Below, piece after piece: positions 52,901-64,000 of a stretch of DNA of 64,000 nucleotides (position 1 is its first letter; each line of letters starts with the position of its first letter). A program made the translations under genes and the position numbers. This stretch comes from Raillietiella orientalis (taxonomy: Eukaryota). The notes beneath the pieces were generated by a model that did no database searches, was not told where the DNA came from, and worked only from the letters and a program-made list of their open reading frames with translations. The stretch is taken from NCBI GenBank assembly GCA_036172245.1, contig JAYWIR010000022.1:2914001-2978000 (forward strand). Reading direction: 5' to 3'.

Positions 52901-53367
52901 GGATGGATATCGACATCCTTCAATCCTGGAAATTTCAAGAGCTGGGTAAGTATGATGATGATGGTTCCCTGGCCAGAATTAGGCTTAGCCTTCAGGAAAG
53001 GAGACTCAGTTGACCAGGATTAAGGATTACTGCATCTAAATTTCTGAAGTCATCCCTGGTTGAGAGAAAAACGACAGGATGAAGCAAAACCATGACAGCA
53101 CTGGCAGCTCTAATTGGTGGTCAAGTACGATAGATTTTGAAATACCGACTGATGTTTGAAATCCGAACGAGGGGGAAGCTGAATCCACAGCAACTTCCGT
53201 TGCGATGCTACTGAGAGCGGGCAAGCCAACGGCTCTGTAACTGTCAGTGCTTGGATAGCAAATGAGTAAATGAAACAATCAGAATAATATATTTTGTCTA
53301 TATCTTTCTCGGGTGTATCGAAATAAATCAGTGATTAGCAGCGAAAGACGATCCTCCATGAATGGTT

Positions 53368-56300
53368 TCAGAAAGATACTTTTTTGCTGAATAAGTCTCC
53401 ATGAATCAACCTACGTTTCAACTCTTTTCGTAGTAGCTTTATCTCCTTTCTCAGATTATGGAAGACGGATTTGTTTTCTTCCGCCCTCCTTGATAAGTAA
53501 GGTATTACTTCGCTGACAGAACCGTACGGTACGTATTTATAGACTGAATAGCCTGCTTGTCCTGAAAGAGAACGCTTTGTCGTAAAGGCACGAAAGGCTT
53601 AAGACTTACCCAGGGGGAAGCTGACGTGGTCGCACATTCCTAGCAGCTGACCAAAGCACACAACACGATCTCCTGGTCTGATATCGAATTCCAACATTCT
53701 GAAAAAGACAAAATGAATAACAATCATTTTTTCCTCCCCAAATTAGAGGGAGGTGGATAGACCTGCTCTGTGGTTACTTTGATACGGCGAGGCGAACTGT
53801 ATTTTCGTTATGAGTGGCTACCATTACAGCAAGCTTTTTGGAATCAGCTTTTTTAAATTCACGGATTCTCTTCATACATTCCAGCAAAGTTTGCTCATAA
53901 CATCGCGTCGTGTCTTCAAACGTGGGGTGAATAGGATCTTCGTAGCCCATCAGTTTTGCTCTTAGGCGCTCTTGCACCATATATGCACCACGGACAAGCT
54001 TTGCACCGAAATAAAAATTCTGCCTTTCAGCTTGTTCTAGATCTAGAATCATATTATGATATGCGTCTTTCAAATAACACTGATAAGTGTTGAACACAAT
54101 GGCCTGAAAGACATCAGTGCTTATTTAAGAGTCCCCGCCAATTCTCCAAGTACCTTCTCTTTGTTGTACTTTCTCATCATTTCGATGGTGAGACGAGAAA
54201 TAGCCAGCTGGAAGTAGGACTGCTCAGCATCCACCATGACACGAACGTCACACTCTTTTGCGAACTACATAGGAAAATGGAAGACATGGTCAGTCGATGC
54301 AGGCAAGCAAACGTCATGCCCAAAGCAAAGAGTGGAAAAATACATTGGGATTGCAGAGAAAAGCTTCCAACCACAGTGCGAATTTTGGTACTGTGCTTCG
54401 TTTTTTTTTAATTAGGACAGATGCCAAATGATGAACGCATGCTTCTATTCATTTGGGGGAGCAGTATAGTAATTTCTCGAAAAAAAAAAAAAAAAACGTG
54501 CCGAGGCACTGTGATATCCAAAACGGGGACTGTTGGGACCTCGGACCTGGTACCACTGTTTTGTGAAATTTCTTCCATTGAGAGTTGTAGTTTGGACATT
54601 TGCATCCTCTGAAAAGGCTGATTTTCCGAGAACCGAACTCCCGCCTTCTCTAGACACGCTTGGCTACAGCGAAAAGCGCCAAGTTCTACTTCCGTGCTCA
54701 TCTTAATGGATCTTCTGGTGGAAGAAATGGAATACTGGAGTTTTCCATTAGAGAGCGAGCAAATCCGTTTGGCTCCCATATCGACCAGTGAATAACTAAG
54801 AGCCTGAAGGGGCTGAAGAGCACGCGACAGATTGATAATCACAAAGAGACATTTTTCCGTCAATGCTGCTAGGCATTGAACTTCTTTCATTGACCAACTT
54901 TTTAGGAGAATTCGCAAGAGCTGAGTTGTCGATCCCATGTTGCTGAAGATCCATCATCACCGAAAAACTAGGGAATGTCGAAACACTGGTCTACCACCAA
55001 AGACAAGTCGCGTTTTGTCCATCAACCCTGATAGTCAATGCACGATTGTTTGCCTCTTCTTCCAGTAGAAAGCCAGGTACAGAAGAAAAAAAATAGATCG
55101 TACATTGGCTACTGACGGAAACTGTGTGCCAATGCATGTGAAGAGAGAAGAAACTCTTCCCAAGCGGCTGGTGATCGTGCAAGCGCATGATCAATATGCT
55201 TCCAGGGAATCCCTCTCTTCCAGATTCCAAGCACATCCTTCACTTCCCGTTTGAGGAATCGTCTAATTTCGCATGGCGTCATACGTCACATAATCATCAC
55301 GCGACCACACTTGGCACTGAGCAGCAGATGCGAGAGCACCACGCACTTCTACAGCAGGCGGACCGCCCAGATTCTGGTGCCCACTCTGCCGCCTTCTGAT
55401 CGCGTGTTCCCCACTCGAGCACTTGAAAGACTCACGCGCCGCCGCCGAGCGATCCCGTAATTTCTCAAGGAGTACCCTTTATAAGCTTCCGTTTTCCTTC
55501 CACAGGAAAAAATTCCACGGGATGCTCTGGACCATCTCTTCAGGGATTACCCGCTCCTTCACTGAGGATCGTGGGCCGTCGTGCCAGGAACACACCTCCC
55601 CGACTTCTGCCGGATGCCCACCGAGGCCAGAGCGATAGCAAGGAAGGCATCGGCTTAGAACTCGTGGGGATTCGGCTGCAGAGACTTCACGCTTCGAATG
55701 GCAGTAGAGCAGCTCGACTGCACCCCGGGATGAGAAGAGCAATGGACGCTCTCTACGAGGGTAATCCGTACTGGGCAGATCTTGGGATTTTTCCCGGGCC
55801 TGCGAGTTTGGAGCAACGTGGTGCGAGAGAGCCACCCGAGGGAAGCAATGCAGCAGACGCAAGTCCCGCAGCACCAGCACGTGGTGCCCTCGAGGGAAGT
55901 TTCGCTTTCCCGCTCTCTGGGGTTCCATTTTCGGAGGCAGGACACTCTGGTGCCAGTCGCACCGGACAGCAGCATCGGTGGATGAATGTGAAGATGCTTT
56001 TCGGAGAAGCAACTCCCAGGGGCTCGCTCGCCATTTCAGAAACATTGAAAGGATTCGTACACGACTCCGACGATCCTCGCTCGCAGCTCCCTCTACACGA
56101 GTCCGCAAGCCGCTGGGAAGGCCGCGAAATGCGAGCGACGCCGGCCGCGCTACATGCACGCTCGTGACAACGGGCTGAAGCTGGTCGTCGGGGTTACTGA
56201 GGAGACGGTCAGGCACGGAAGCGCATTCAGCCGAGCCAGACAACGCGCACGGACCCGCGTCCTTGGAAGGAGCCTCGCAATTCGAGTTCCAGCTGGGCTT

Positions 56301-59300
56301 CCGTTCCTTCTGGTCCTCACCTAGAAGAAAGTACAAGTCTGCAGCTTCCAAACTGCCAATGGAAATGAAAAGAAAGATCATAAAAAGTGACCTCTCAACG
56401 AAGTATCTCGACCTTCTTCACTTTTAAGTTCTGAAGAACCGCTCGTCCCCTCAGGCGGGGGCTCACGAAGCTCTTTGACGCTGTCCACGGCACCCGAAGG
56501 CGCGTGTGCTCACTCTTCAAGATAGGGAGTACCTCAGAAGGGGAACACCCTATGAATCCAGGAAGGCTCCGAAGGAAGGAGTCCATTCCTCCCTCCTTTA
56601 CGCTTGGGAGAGAACCCCCCTTAAGGGGATCCGTTCCTGGTTTTCTCCTCTGAAGAGAACCCCGAAGGGACGTTTGCCGATTTTCCCAGAAGGTTCGTTC
56701 CGTTAAGGGAGGAGCGCGCTTCTCGACACTCCGAGGAAAGGGGGGGAGGGGGGAGGGGATATCCACCAGCTCCATGGTATGTCTCCCTTTTCACAACCGC
56801 AGGGGAATCTCGAAGGGCTCTCTGGTTCCCGGAAGGACCCCAGGGGGTCCACTTCCAATCCTGGCCACTCAACGGAGGCATCCAACTTCTATCAGTGCCT
56901 CCGCACCCCAATATGCCAACCAGCGTCATCCTGTTGGGGGGAATCGAAACCCACGACGCACACCCCTTCCCATTTGTCGGAATCGATGATTCCGAGATTC
57001 TCATCGACACTTCCCCCCCGGGCAGGACTCGAACCCGTGACGCTCGGTGCTGCGCGCGCAGAGACCACCGCCGCGGCCACGCGGCTGCCAACGCGGGCAT
57101 GTGGGGGTTCCATTTTTAAGCTGCAGAACTTCTGGAATTTTCGAACTTTTGAAATTCCAGCAGCAGTTTTCCTTTCCAATGGTTGTTTTGCTTTGCGACA
57201 GGAGAGATCTTTTTGGTGTTCTTCGGCTTTCGCAATCATCTCCACCGAAGACCATTCAGATGTTAAGGATCATCCCAAAGACGAAACGGACTACTGAGCG
57301 TGTGCAAAAACTAGCTAGATCAGTACAACTGTACAGCTTTGCATTTACGCATTTCTTTGCGTTTTTTCCTGTTCGGTGCACCCAGGAGGAAGTAGAGGAA
57401 CATTTCTCGACCAGAGAGCCATGTTCTGAGACCCCGGTCTTTCGATAGGTACGCTCTTAAATGTGCCCTTCGGCTGCCTCCATTTGGAAGACTCATCTCT
57501 TTGGCATTTTTTTCCTCGCCTCATCCTTGAACCTGGGAACCAGTGGACAGAAAAGAAAAAAAAAAAGGCTAAAGGGCGAAGCAGCTGAATCCCTCTGTTC
57601 ACTTTTCGCGTGAGCATCCAAAGCAAGACCCGACGACAAGTTCATTCCCCGAACCGACAGAAGAAAACTTCCGATACCGTGGACTCGGGCAATTTCAAAA
57701 GGAAACGCGTCGGAAGCCAAGTTTCGCGAAACGCACAACTCCGAAAACGGGGGAGCGTCCCGAAAGAGTCCACTCTCCCCGAAAAAGGGAAGAAAAAAAA
57801 TAAAATAAAATAGGGGAGAACAAGATCCACCCACTCCGTAAACAGCGATAGGTGCAAAACTGGTAAAGGAAGACTTCGGTAACTCGCCTGGAAAATTTTA
57901 TGCAGCCTTTTCAGCATATTTTGAAACATCTCCTCTCCATCCAGACTGATAGTGGGAACCAGGGATACCATTTCTCCAGTGCCCAAATCGGGTACTTTGG
58001 AGAAATCGGCGAGTGTTACATCTGAATCGATGAGTCTGGTCCACGGCAAAAGATTAATCATCCTATTAAACGAGAACGTCAGCTCCACGAAAGGGGACGA
58101 TGCAATACTTGCGTACCCTTCCTTGTCGTAGGTAATCTGTTCCAGAAATTCGACGATGTCAAGTCCAAAGTGCACATCAGCGTCTTCCAGCTTCTGGGTG
58201 ATTATTGCTGGACCGAGGCGTCTCTGCATTATGTTGCCAGGCACTGCCTGACCTACTATGTTGTCCAAGTAACTTCGGATTCCCTGGATGATCAGGGAAA
58301 GATGCGACTGTGGGGAAGAAACAGAAAGAGCTGAATGCCCGGTTCGGGTACACGAGCGGAAGAGAACGACAAGCTTCTCTTATGCAAGTTCAAAAGCCGC
58401 TCAGAAAATGACATGCTTTGATTGGACGGTTAGGAACGTTGGGCTGTTAGGAACCAACGATGCTGAGTGGCCCGAACGATTCTTCCGGACCGCACAGCAG
58501 CCGTTTGCTGTTTCGATCTGTTTCACCAACCCGAAAATCACGGAAACCCCGAAGACCGAAGATTAGGGCTCTCCTTTCTTTGCTGGAGAATAAGTAAGTT
58601 CACGGTTTCGGATTCAAGATAGCAGGCTAGCTGCAGCATCGAGTAGGTTGTCAGGACTCGGTAAGCAAGGAACAATATGGCGCCGGTTTGCTACCCACGC
58701 GCTAAGCACGTCTCACGGAACTTTTAAAAGCTCTGGCATCACTGAAACGAAAGCTACTCTTCATGCATTCTGGACAGATACAAGGGAAATTCTTTGCAAC
58801 TGAAATGGTTACCAATATTTCAGGTCTTCCTAGGGCCGTAAGCTTGATAGCTGCAAAACCGGTGCTCTGAGTGAAATCTGAAAATCAGATCAGAGGGAGG
58901 AGTGCACGCTGGACGGGACTATCTTACTGGAGACGGATTCTATACAGCGCAAGAAGATCTCCAGATTTCGCTCGCAGTTGGCTTCACCAAGATAAAAATA
59001 CGTGCGAGCACCAGTAACGTGAGATCTTCTGTCCACAAATTCCTCATGGATGACAAAACGTTTTTGGTTTTCTGCAAGGAAAATGGCCATAGCACAGCGT
59101 TTAATCTCAGATCCTCCCCTGTAAAGCGTACAGCGTAAGGGAAATGAGAATTTCCTCGCAATGCACGTATCCAAGTTTGTACTCGGTTTCCTGTTGCGAG
59201 GACGGAGTTTACAAGAGCACTGAAAATGCGTTGTAAAGTAGCAGCCGACCGACCGGCAACTGGAAAATTACACCCCCGTCTACCCAAGATATTGTAAATA

Positions 59301-61563
59301 TCGTAAACTACGAGGCCTTCGATTCTTCCGCGGTGAACACGGGGGGGGAGTGCACGGAGGCGTCCGAAAAGAAGAAAAAACAGCCGAAGGAAGAAAAGGG
59401 GAAAGTCGTAAAATTTTACGAGACGAGACGAAGAAAGAAAAAGGAAATTCCCTTTTCAAGAGAAAAATCTTCGAAATGACCAATAAAAAGCTTCGGACAA
59501 AACCCCCTCCTAGGAAGTTCATTCAGCTGTGCGATGGCGATCAGCTTTTTGAGAGATTTGTCAATAGGTAACCTGCACTTTTTTCCCCCTTGTGTTCCTC
59601 GGAGCACACGACTCGGGTGAAACTTTGCAATGAACTGCTGTGTGTCCATCTAGAAAAATTCGAAGAGCTTATATGTATTCCATGTACTAGGACCCGAGGA
59701 ACAACAAGTAGCGTAACGAATTGATAAACACTTGACGAAAGTGAACCCAGAAATACACCTTCAGAGATCTGTCAGAGTGCAGCGGATTTCGAGAGCATTC
59801 ACAATGGACACCTTATTGAAAGAGCGGAATAAGCGGAGTGCTGAAGAAAAGAAGAAACTCGGAAAGAGAAAAAAGTAAAAAGAAGAAAAAGAAAAGAGAG
59901 ACAGTAAAAAGAAAGAGGACAGGATAGAAAGCATTCAGGATAGAATCCCGAAGTTATCCCATGGAGGGCCGACCACTGTACATGGACTGCATCCAGCAAA
60001 CAAATTGCAAAGAAAAAAAAAAAAGGATATTTCGATTCCCGTTGCTCAGTACTCTTTCGAACAGTAAAGAACGAAAACCACTCGGTCGCTGTCGTTGTTG
60101 GAATTTGAAAGCACTCAAATGTAACTCTGAAGAACAGCAAGAACTATTCAATGCCATTCAACTGAGAGTGCGGACGGTGACTCAATTTCTGAGAACGAAA
60201 ATGCCACAATGCGATCTTCATTTCATCAAAGATTGATTTACGCAGCGCGAATGCTTCCACCAAGCACATGCAAACAAGAGGATCCTCTTCACAGGCGGCA
60301 GGTTGGGAGATATCGAAAGTGAGTTCCTCCTCACCAGTTCCACAAAACATGATAGAATCACTAACTGAGGCGAGAAGCTGCTTCACGAAAAGTTTGGAAG
60401 GCAAAAGAACCATCAGCTGGACAAGGCCACCGTATTCGAGATTCCCTCTCAAAATGACGTTCGATAGGGAATCAGATCCAAAGATTTCACAGCCTTTGTT
60501 TCTGTACCTACCACGTGGCATCTCGACTTGAAAGTGTTATAAGGGGTGATTTTTTCATCGGTGGGCAGACACACCATGACTATATTTTTACATTAGCCGA
60601 ATACCGAATCACTGCAAACTCTACGCAAGAGAACACTATTCCCTGTTCACCACGTTCAGATTGAAAACATGAAAATGAACTCCAAGGATTCAACGCATGA
60701 TCTGACGTCTTTCCAGCATCTCATGAACACTGACGGTGAGCTTCTTCCGATCTTTGATCTAAGGATCAAGCAAATTATCAGATTTCCGGTTCTGCCTCCC
60801 GGAATCTGTAAAGCTACTATTGACTTTAAAAAAATCACGAAAGATGTTTCTATTTTCTTGGTAGCACTTCAACTTACTCTACTTTCATGTCAGCATGGTG
60901 CGATGCAGTGTTTTGTCTTGCTCACCCTTCGATCCATCAACCATCTACACACCATCATGCATTCCCTCTTCGATGCAAAAAAACACGTCACTTCCGTTTC
61001 TGTTATTATAGCGAATCATTTCCGATTATTATTTTTTCGGACGCGTACTCTCTTCATTAGGCTTTTTCGTGACATCTACAAAACGGCAGTGCGAAATTAA
61101 CCATTCTCTACAGCTGTTTTGGGGATTCCATCCTCGGAGCATCCTCCTCGTTGACAACGGATCGATTCAGATCGATTTCGCCTCCGTTTCGTAAACAACG
61201 CGACGAAGTACCATCTTCCGTGGAACAACCGCCTTGCGTCCTGAGATCTGAGCTTTACGAAATTCCGAAATTCGAAAACAGAGGCGGAATTCCTGTGTAT
61301 GCGTGAATAACAGCGAAAATTCGTAATCCGAGGGAAGCAGTAGCTCATCCGACTCATCTCGGGGAACCGGCCGAGGTTTGGATCCGCACCTCATCAAACC
61401 ATTCAGTGACCTTTGAATCATCTCGACTTTAGAATGCTTCCGTTATTCAGGGAAAACCGGAAACGCCATCCCAAGGTGTTGGAAATAAACCCAAACGTAT
61501 CACATAATTGAAGTTTTAATTTGCATTGGCTTACCTGCATATTCCTGTGGTGATCTGTAGGAC
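53368..61563 (-). CDS. PRODH: Proline dehydrogenase 1, mitochondrial (sluggish A-like), 5'-incomplete
   Basis: Exons 61563-61535 (probable), 59071-58928, 58877-58813, 58307-58117, 58062-57888, 54264-54154, 54103-53778, 53698-53610 and 53561-53368. Motifs [64 protein letters not shown] and [16 protein letters not shown]. Confidence 0.93.
55888..57089 (-). mobile_element. Long tRNA-headed repeat copy inside the 3.6-kb PRODH intron
   Basis: Head GGCAGCCGCGTGGCCGCGGCGG...GGTTCGAGTCC (B box 57025-57035). The body is collinear with 4090-5406 and 385-722. The left boundary is approximate. Confidence 0.7.
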
Positions 61564-61631
61564 CTGAAAATGAAAGAAAAAAAAAAAAATTTGCATTACT
61601 ATGAGGTAATAAAGTGCAAGAGCATCTGTGC

Positions 61632-61672
61632 AGTGTTTGATACTTTGGACAGCATCCAAAGTATCAAACATT
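61632..61672. repeat. Perfect 16-bp inverted repeat with 5-nt loop
   Basis: TGTTTGATACTTTGGA-CAGCA-TCCAAAGTATCAAACA (61634-61670). Confidence 0.92.
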
Positions 61673-62985
61673 CATATCTGTGCGCGTATGAATTTATAGC
61701 TGGGAATTCATAAGGTACTTTTGAAAAGAAAAAAAAAAACTATTAAGGAATACCCAAATTGTATACAAGAACAAAAAATGGATAATACCCATGGATATCA
61801 TAAACAATACGTTTGTCAACATTACAAACGGAAGGTTCCATTCGGTGTTTCCGATTTCTGTCGCAATACGAATCTTCGATGAAACAGTTTAATGATGAAT
61901 GGGAAACAAGGATACTTCACTGCTTCTCCATGCCGAAATTGAAAATGACCGTCGCATCCCGTGAGTGGCTGTTCTGAAGTTCGGAGGCTGCATTTCCAAA
62001 GTCTGAATGCAAGCCGGCAGCGTAAAACATTCCAAGGTTTCAGAGCAGCAAAACTTCAAGAAGCTAATAGCAATAATTCCCTGATCACGAGCACTGGTAA
62101 TTCTGCTCATCTCCCATGATTCGGCGTCTGTCCGCATCACCTATCGAACGAATCCATAGGAATCCCAATTTCAGCAAAAACTCCAGCCCAAGATGGGAAC
62201 AGCTTACATGGAGTGACCTTATCAGCTTACAGGTTATTCTGTCCGACTCTGTCGGCAACACCCGTATTACTCAACGGGGACTCAACTCCAATCGAAGCGT
62301 GTTCCTATATACATTACACATACTGTACTGTATATAGGAACGAAAGAGGCCCATCTTATTGGAACCACGTGGCAGTTTTCACAACTCCAATAGGTGACGT
62401 GGTGAATTTCCTTTCATTCAGCAATCCTTTCATCTTTAGCAAATGAATTTTTTTTCACCATGCGATTCTGCCCTATAGTGCTAGGAGTCCATTTCTCCAA
62501 CTCCATTTCGCTCTTAGCTGTCCGATAATCGATATGGTTTTCAGCACCTGAGTGCGCCGAAGCTAGGGCGTTTGGGGACCAGCTCCTACTTCCAGCATTG
62601 GCTCCATGTGGGGCGAGTGCCGCGTCTTCGCCGCTTAACGATTCTCACCTTCGTGAGCAGCCATTTTGTGCAGAAACCACGTGGATTCACATAATCTGCA
62701 AGGAATGCACGCGTAGCCCACTTTCCTAAATCACTCTCTCGCCGAATTTCCAAAGAACCCTCCACATGATGCTTTCGATGCTTTGAGAGAGAGAGGAAGG
62801 GGGGTACACCACTGTGGTGCGGCCCGGTGCTCCCGAAACTTGCCGAGAACCGAACCAGGTGCTCTTTCCTCACAAAGGTGATGCAGATGAACTGCGTGCG
62901 AGATTGATCTTGCCCGCGCTTTCGTTCCTCCCTGTCTGCCGGAAATCGGAATTTCCTCGTTTCCGAAGTGCCGAATGCAAATAGG

Positions 62986-63098
62986 AGCAGCAGCAGCAGC
63001 AGCAGCTACAGGGTCGAAGCGGTTGGGCAGGCCGCGACAAGAAATCGATGTCTGCAGCAGCAAGCTGCGCCGCCGTGCCTGGCTGCTGCTGCTGCTGC
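62986..63098. repeat. Short (AGC)n tract followed about 75 nt later by a complementary (GCT)n tract
   Basis: (AGC)7 at about 62986-63006 and (GCT)5 at about 63082-63098. Confidence 0.8.
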
Positions 63099-64000
63099 AT
63101 CGACCTAACGTCATCTCTGGATGAAATTTCTATCTGCGGGCAAGAAGAATTTCCGGGGGAAACCTGAGGGAAAAGCAGCGAGCATCAAATGTCAGATGGC
63201 GGTTCGCGCCATACGATAACCAATCTCCAGCGTGGGGTTTCTTTATCGCAGCACCGTGATTTGACAAGAAGAACCGACCGCCACCATTCGTTTGGTGAAC
63301 TCCAATCTTTAGATTCCGTGCATCCTGAGTTTTCCTTCCCTATATATATACCTACGTCTTGGCTTCCCCTGAATTTCGCTCGATTTCTTGGAAAGAACCG
63401 AAGAGCAAAGAAGGTTGGAGGGAGAAAAGGAAAGCGTTTGTTTCCGCTGCACTGCTTTTTCGTGGTTCACGAACCCGGGGAGATCTCCTTCACCTTCTTC
63501 TTCTTTCTTATTTGGATGTTACGGTGAACCTTACGGTATGTCACAGAGTTCCTCGGAATAAAAGCTGGCGTTGTGGAACTTTGAAGTAGATTCGATGGAA
63601 GGGTCTGATTCCTAAGACCCGCTGATAGGAAAGAATTCGATCTGGTCCTTCTTTCTTGAAACTGTAATGCTGAGCCCTCTGTAACGTCAAGCATTTAAAA
63701 AAGGAGCAATAGTTTGTGTGTGGGGGGGGGGATGAGGCAAAGACCTCAAACTTGCTCTGAGACAGAAACGCTCGTCAGAAATTCCTTTCAACCCGTTCCA
63801 TGAAAAAAAAAGCAAAAAAACAAAAAATGAAAATTGCCACTCAAGTGAGGAACATCCATAAAACAATTCTGGCACGCTTCCGAAACAAACTGACGAGAAT
63901 TCTTCCAGCTCCGAAGCAGTTTCGGATTGGCTGGAGCTGCGTTATATCAGAATGGGAAAAGAAAAAACGATCAAATGGTAAGGAGTCATCAGATACCAAC

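Noticed and set aside
52950..53050. C/D box snoRNA (ATGATGA...CTGA)
   Set aside because: The C box is part of an (ATG)n run beside a splice-donor-like site; no terminal stem or rRNA guide was recognised.
55479..56381. 300-aa minus ORF (and the 266-aa ORF at 3858-4658) as a protein encoded by the repeat
   Set aside because: The translations from the two copies are not similar and show no domain. Long ORFs are expected by chance in GC-rich DNA.
59812..59840. Another 29-nt PRODH micro-exon after a strong acceptor
   Set aside because: It contains TAA in the required frame and has a weak donor (GTGTCC); at most a poison exon.
1..64000. CRISPR array, operon-type defence system or alternative genetic code
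   Set aside because: No regularly spaced repeats. The genes are spliceosomal and translate cleanly in the standard code; in-frame stops occur only in decayed transposons.

Overview
Eukaryotic, invertebrate (probably arthropod) genomic DNA; there are no prokaryotic features or CRISPR arrays. Spliced genes reconstructed by hand are PRPF38B (-, 11115-12834), a long coiled-coil gene resembling CCDC180 (-, about 21040-35440), PSMD5 (-, 35500-37303), CCT6/TCP-1 zeta (+, 44988-46886) and the 3' two-thirds of proline dehydrogenase PRODH (-, 53368 to at least 61563; the 5' exons were not found and probably lie beyond the window). Most introns in these genes are only 38-54 nt. Mobile DNA comprises a pogo/Tigger relic, a 5'-truncated LINE end, a decayed R2/NeSL/Utopia-type retroelement with a mariner inserted into it, and a diverged tRNA-headed repeat family (four copies; the two longest share patchy similarity over about 1.2-1.3 kb). 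The best leads are the gap-free PSMD5/CCDC180-like junction, candidate alternative PRODH micro-exons plus a GC-AG intron, the long tRNA-headed element and several isolated tight hairpins. I found no clearly new biological system. All homology calls come from recalled motifs, not database searches.
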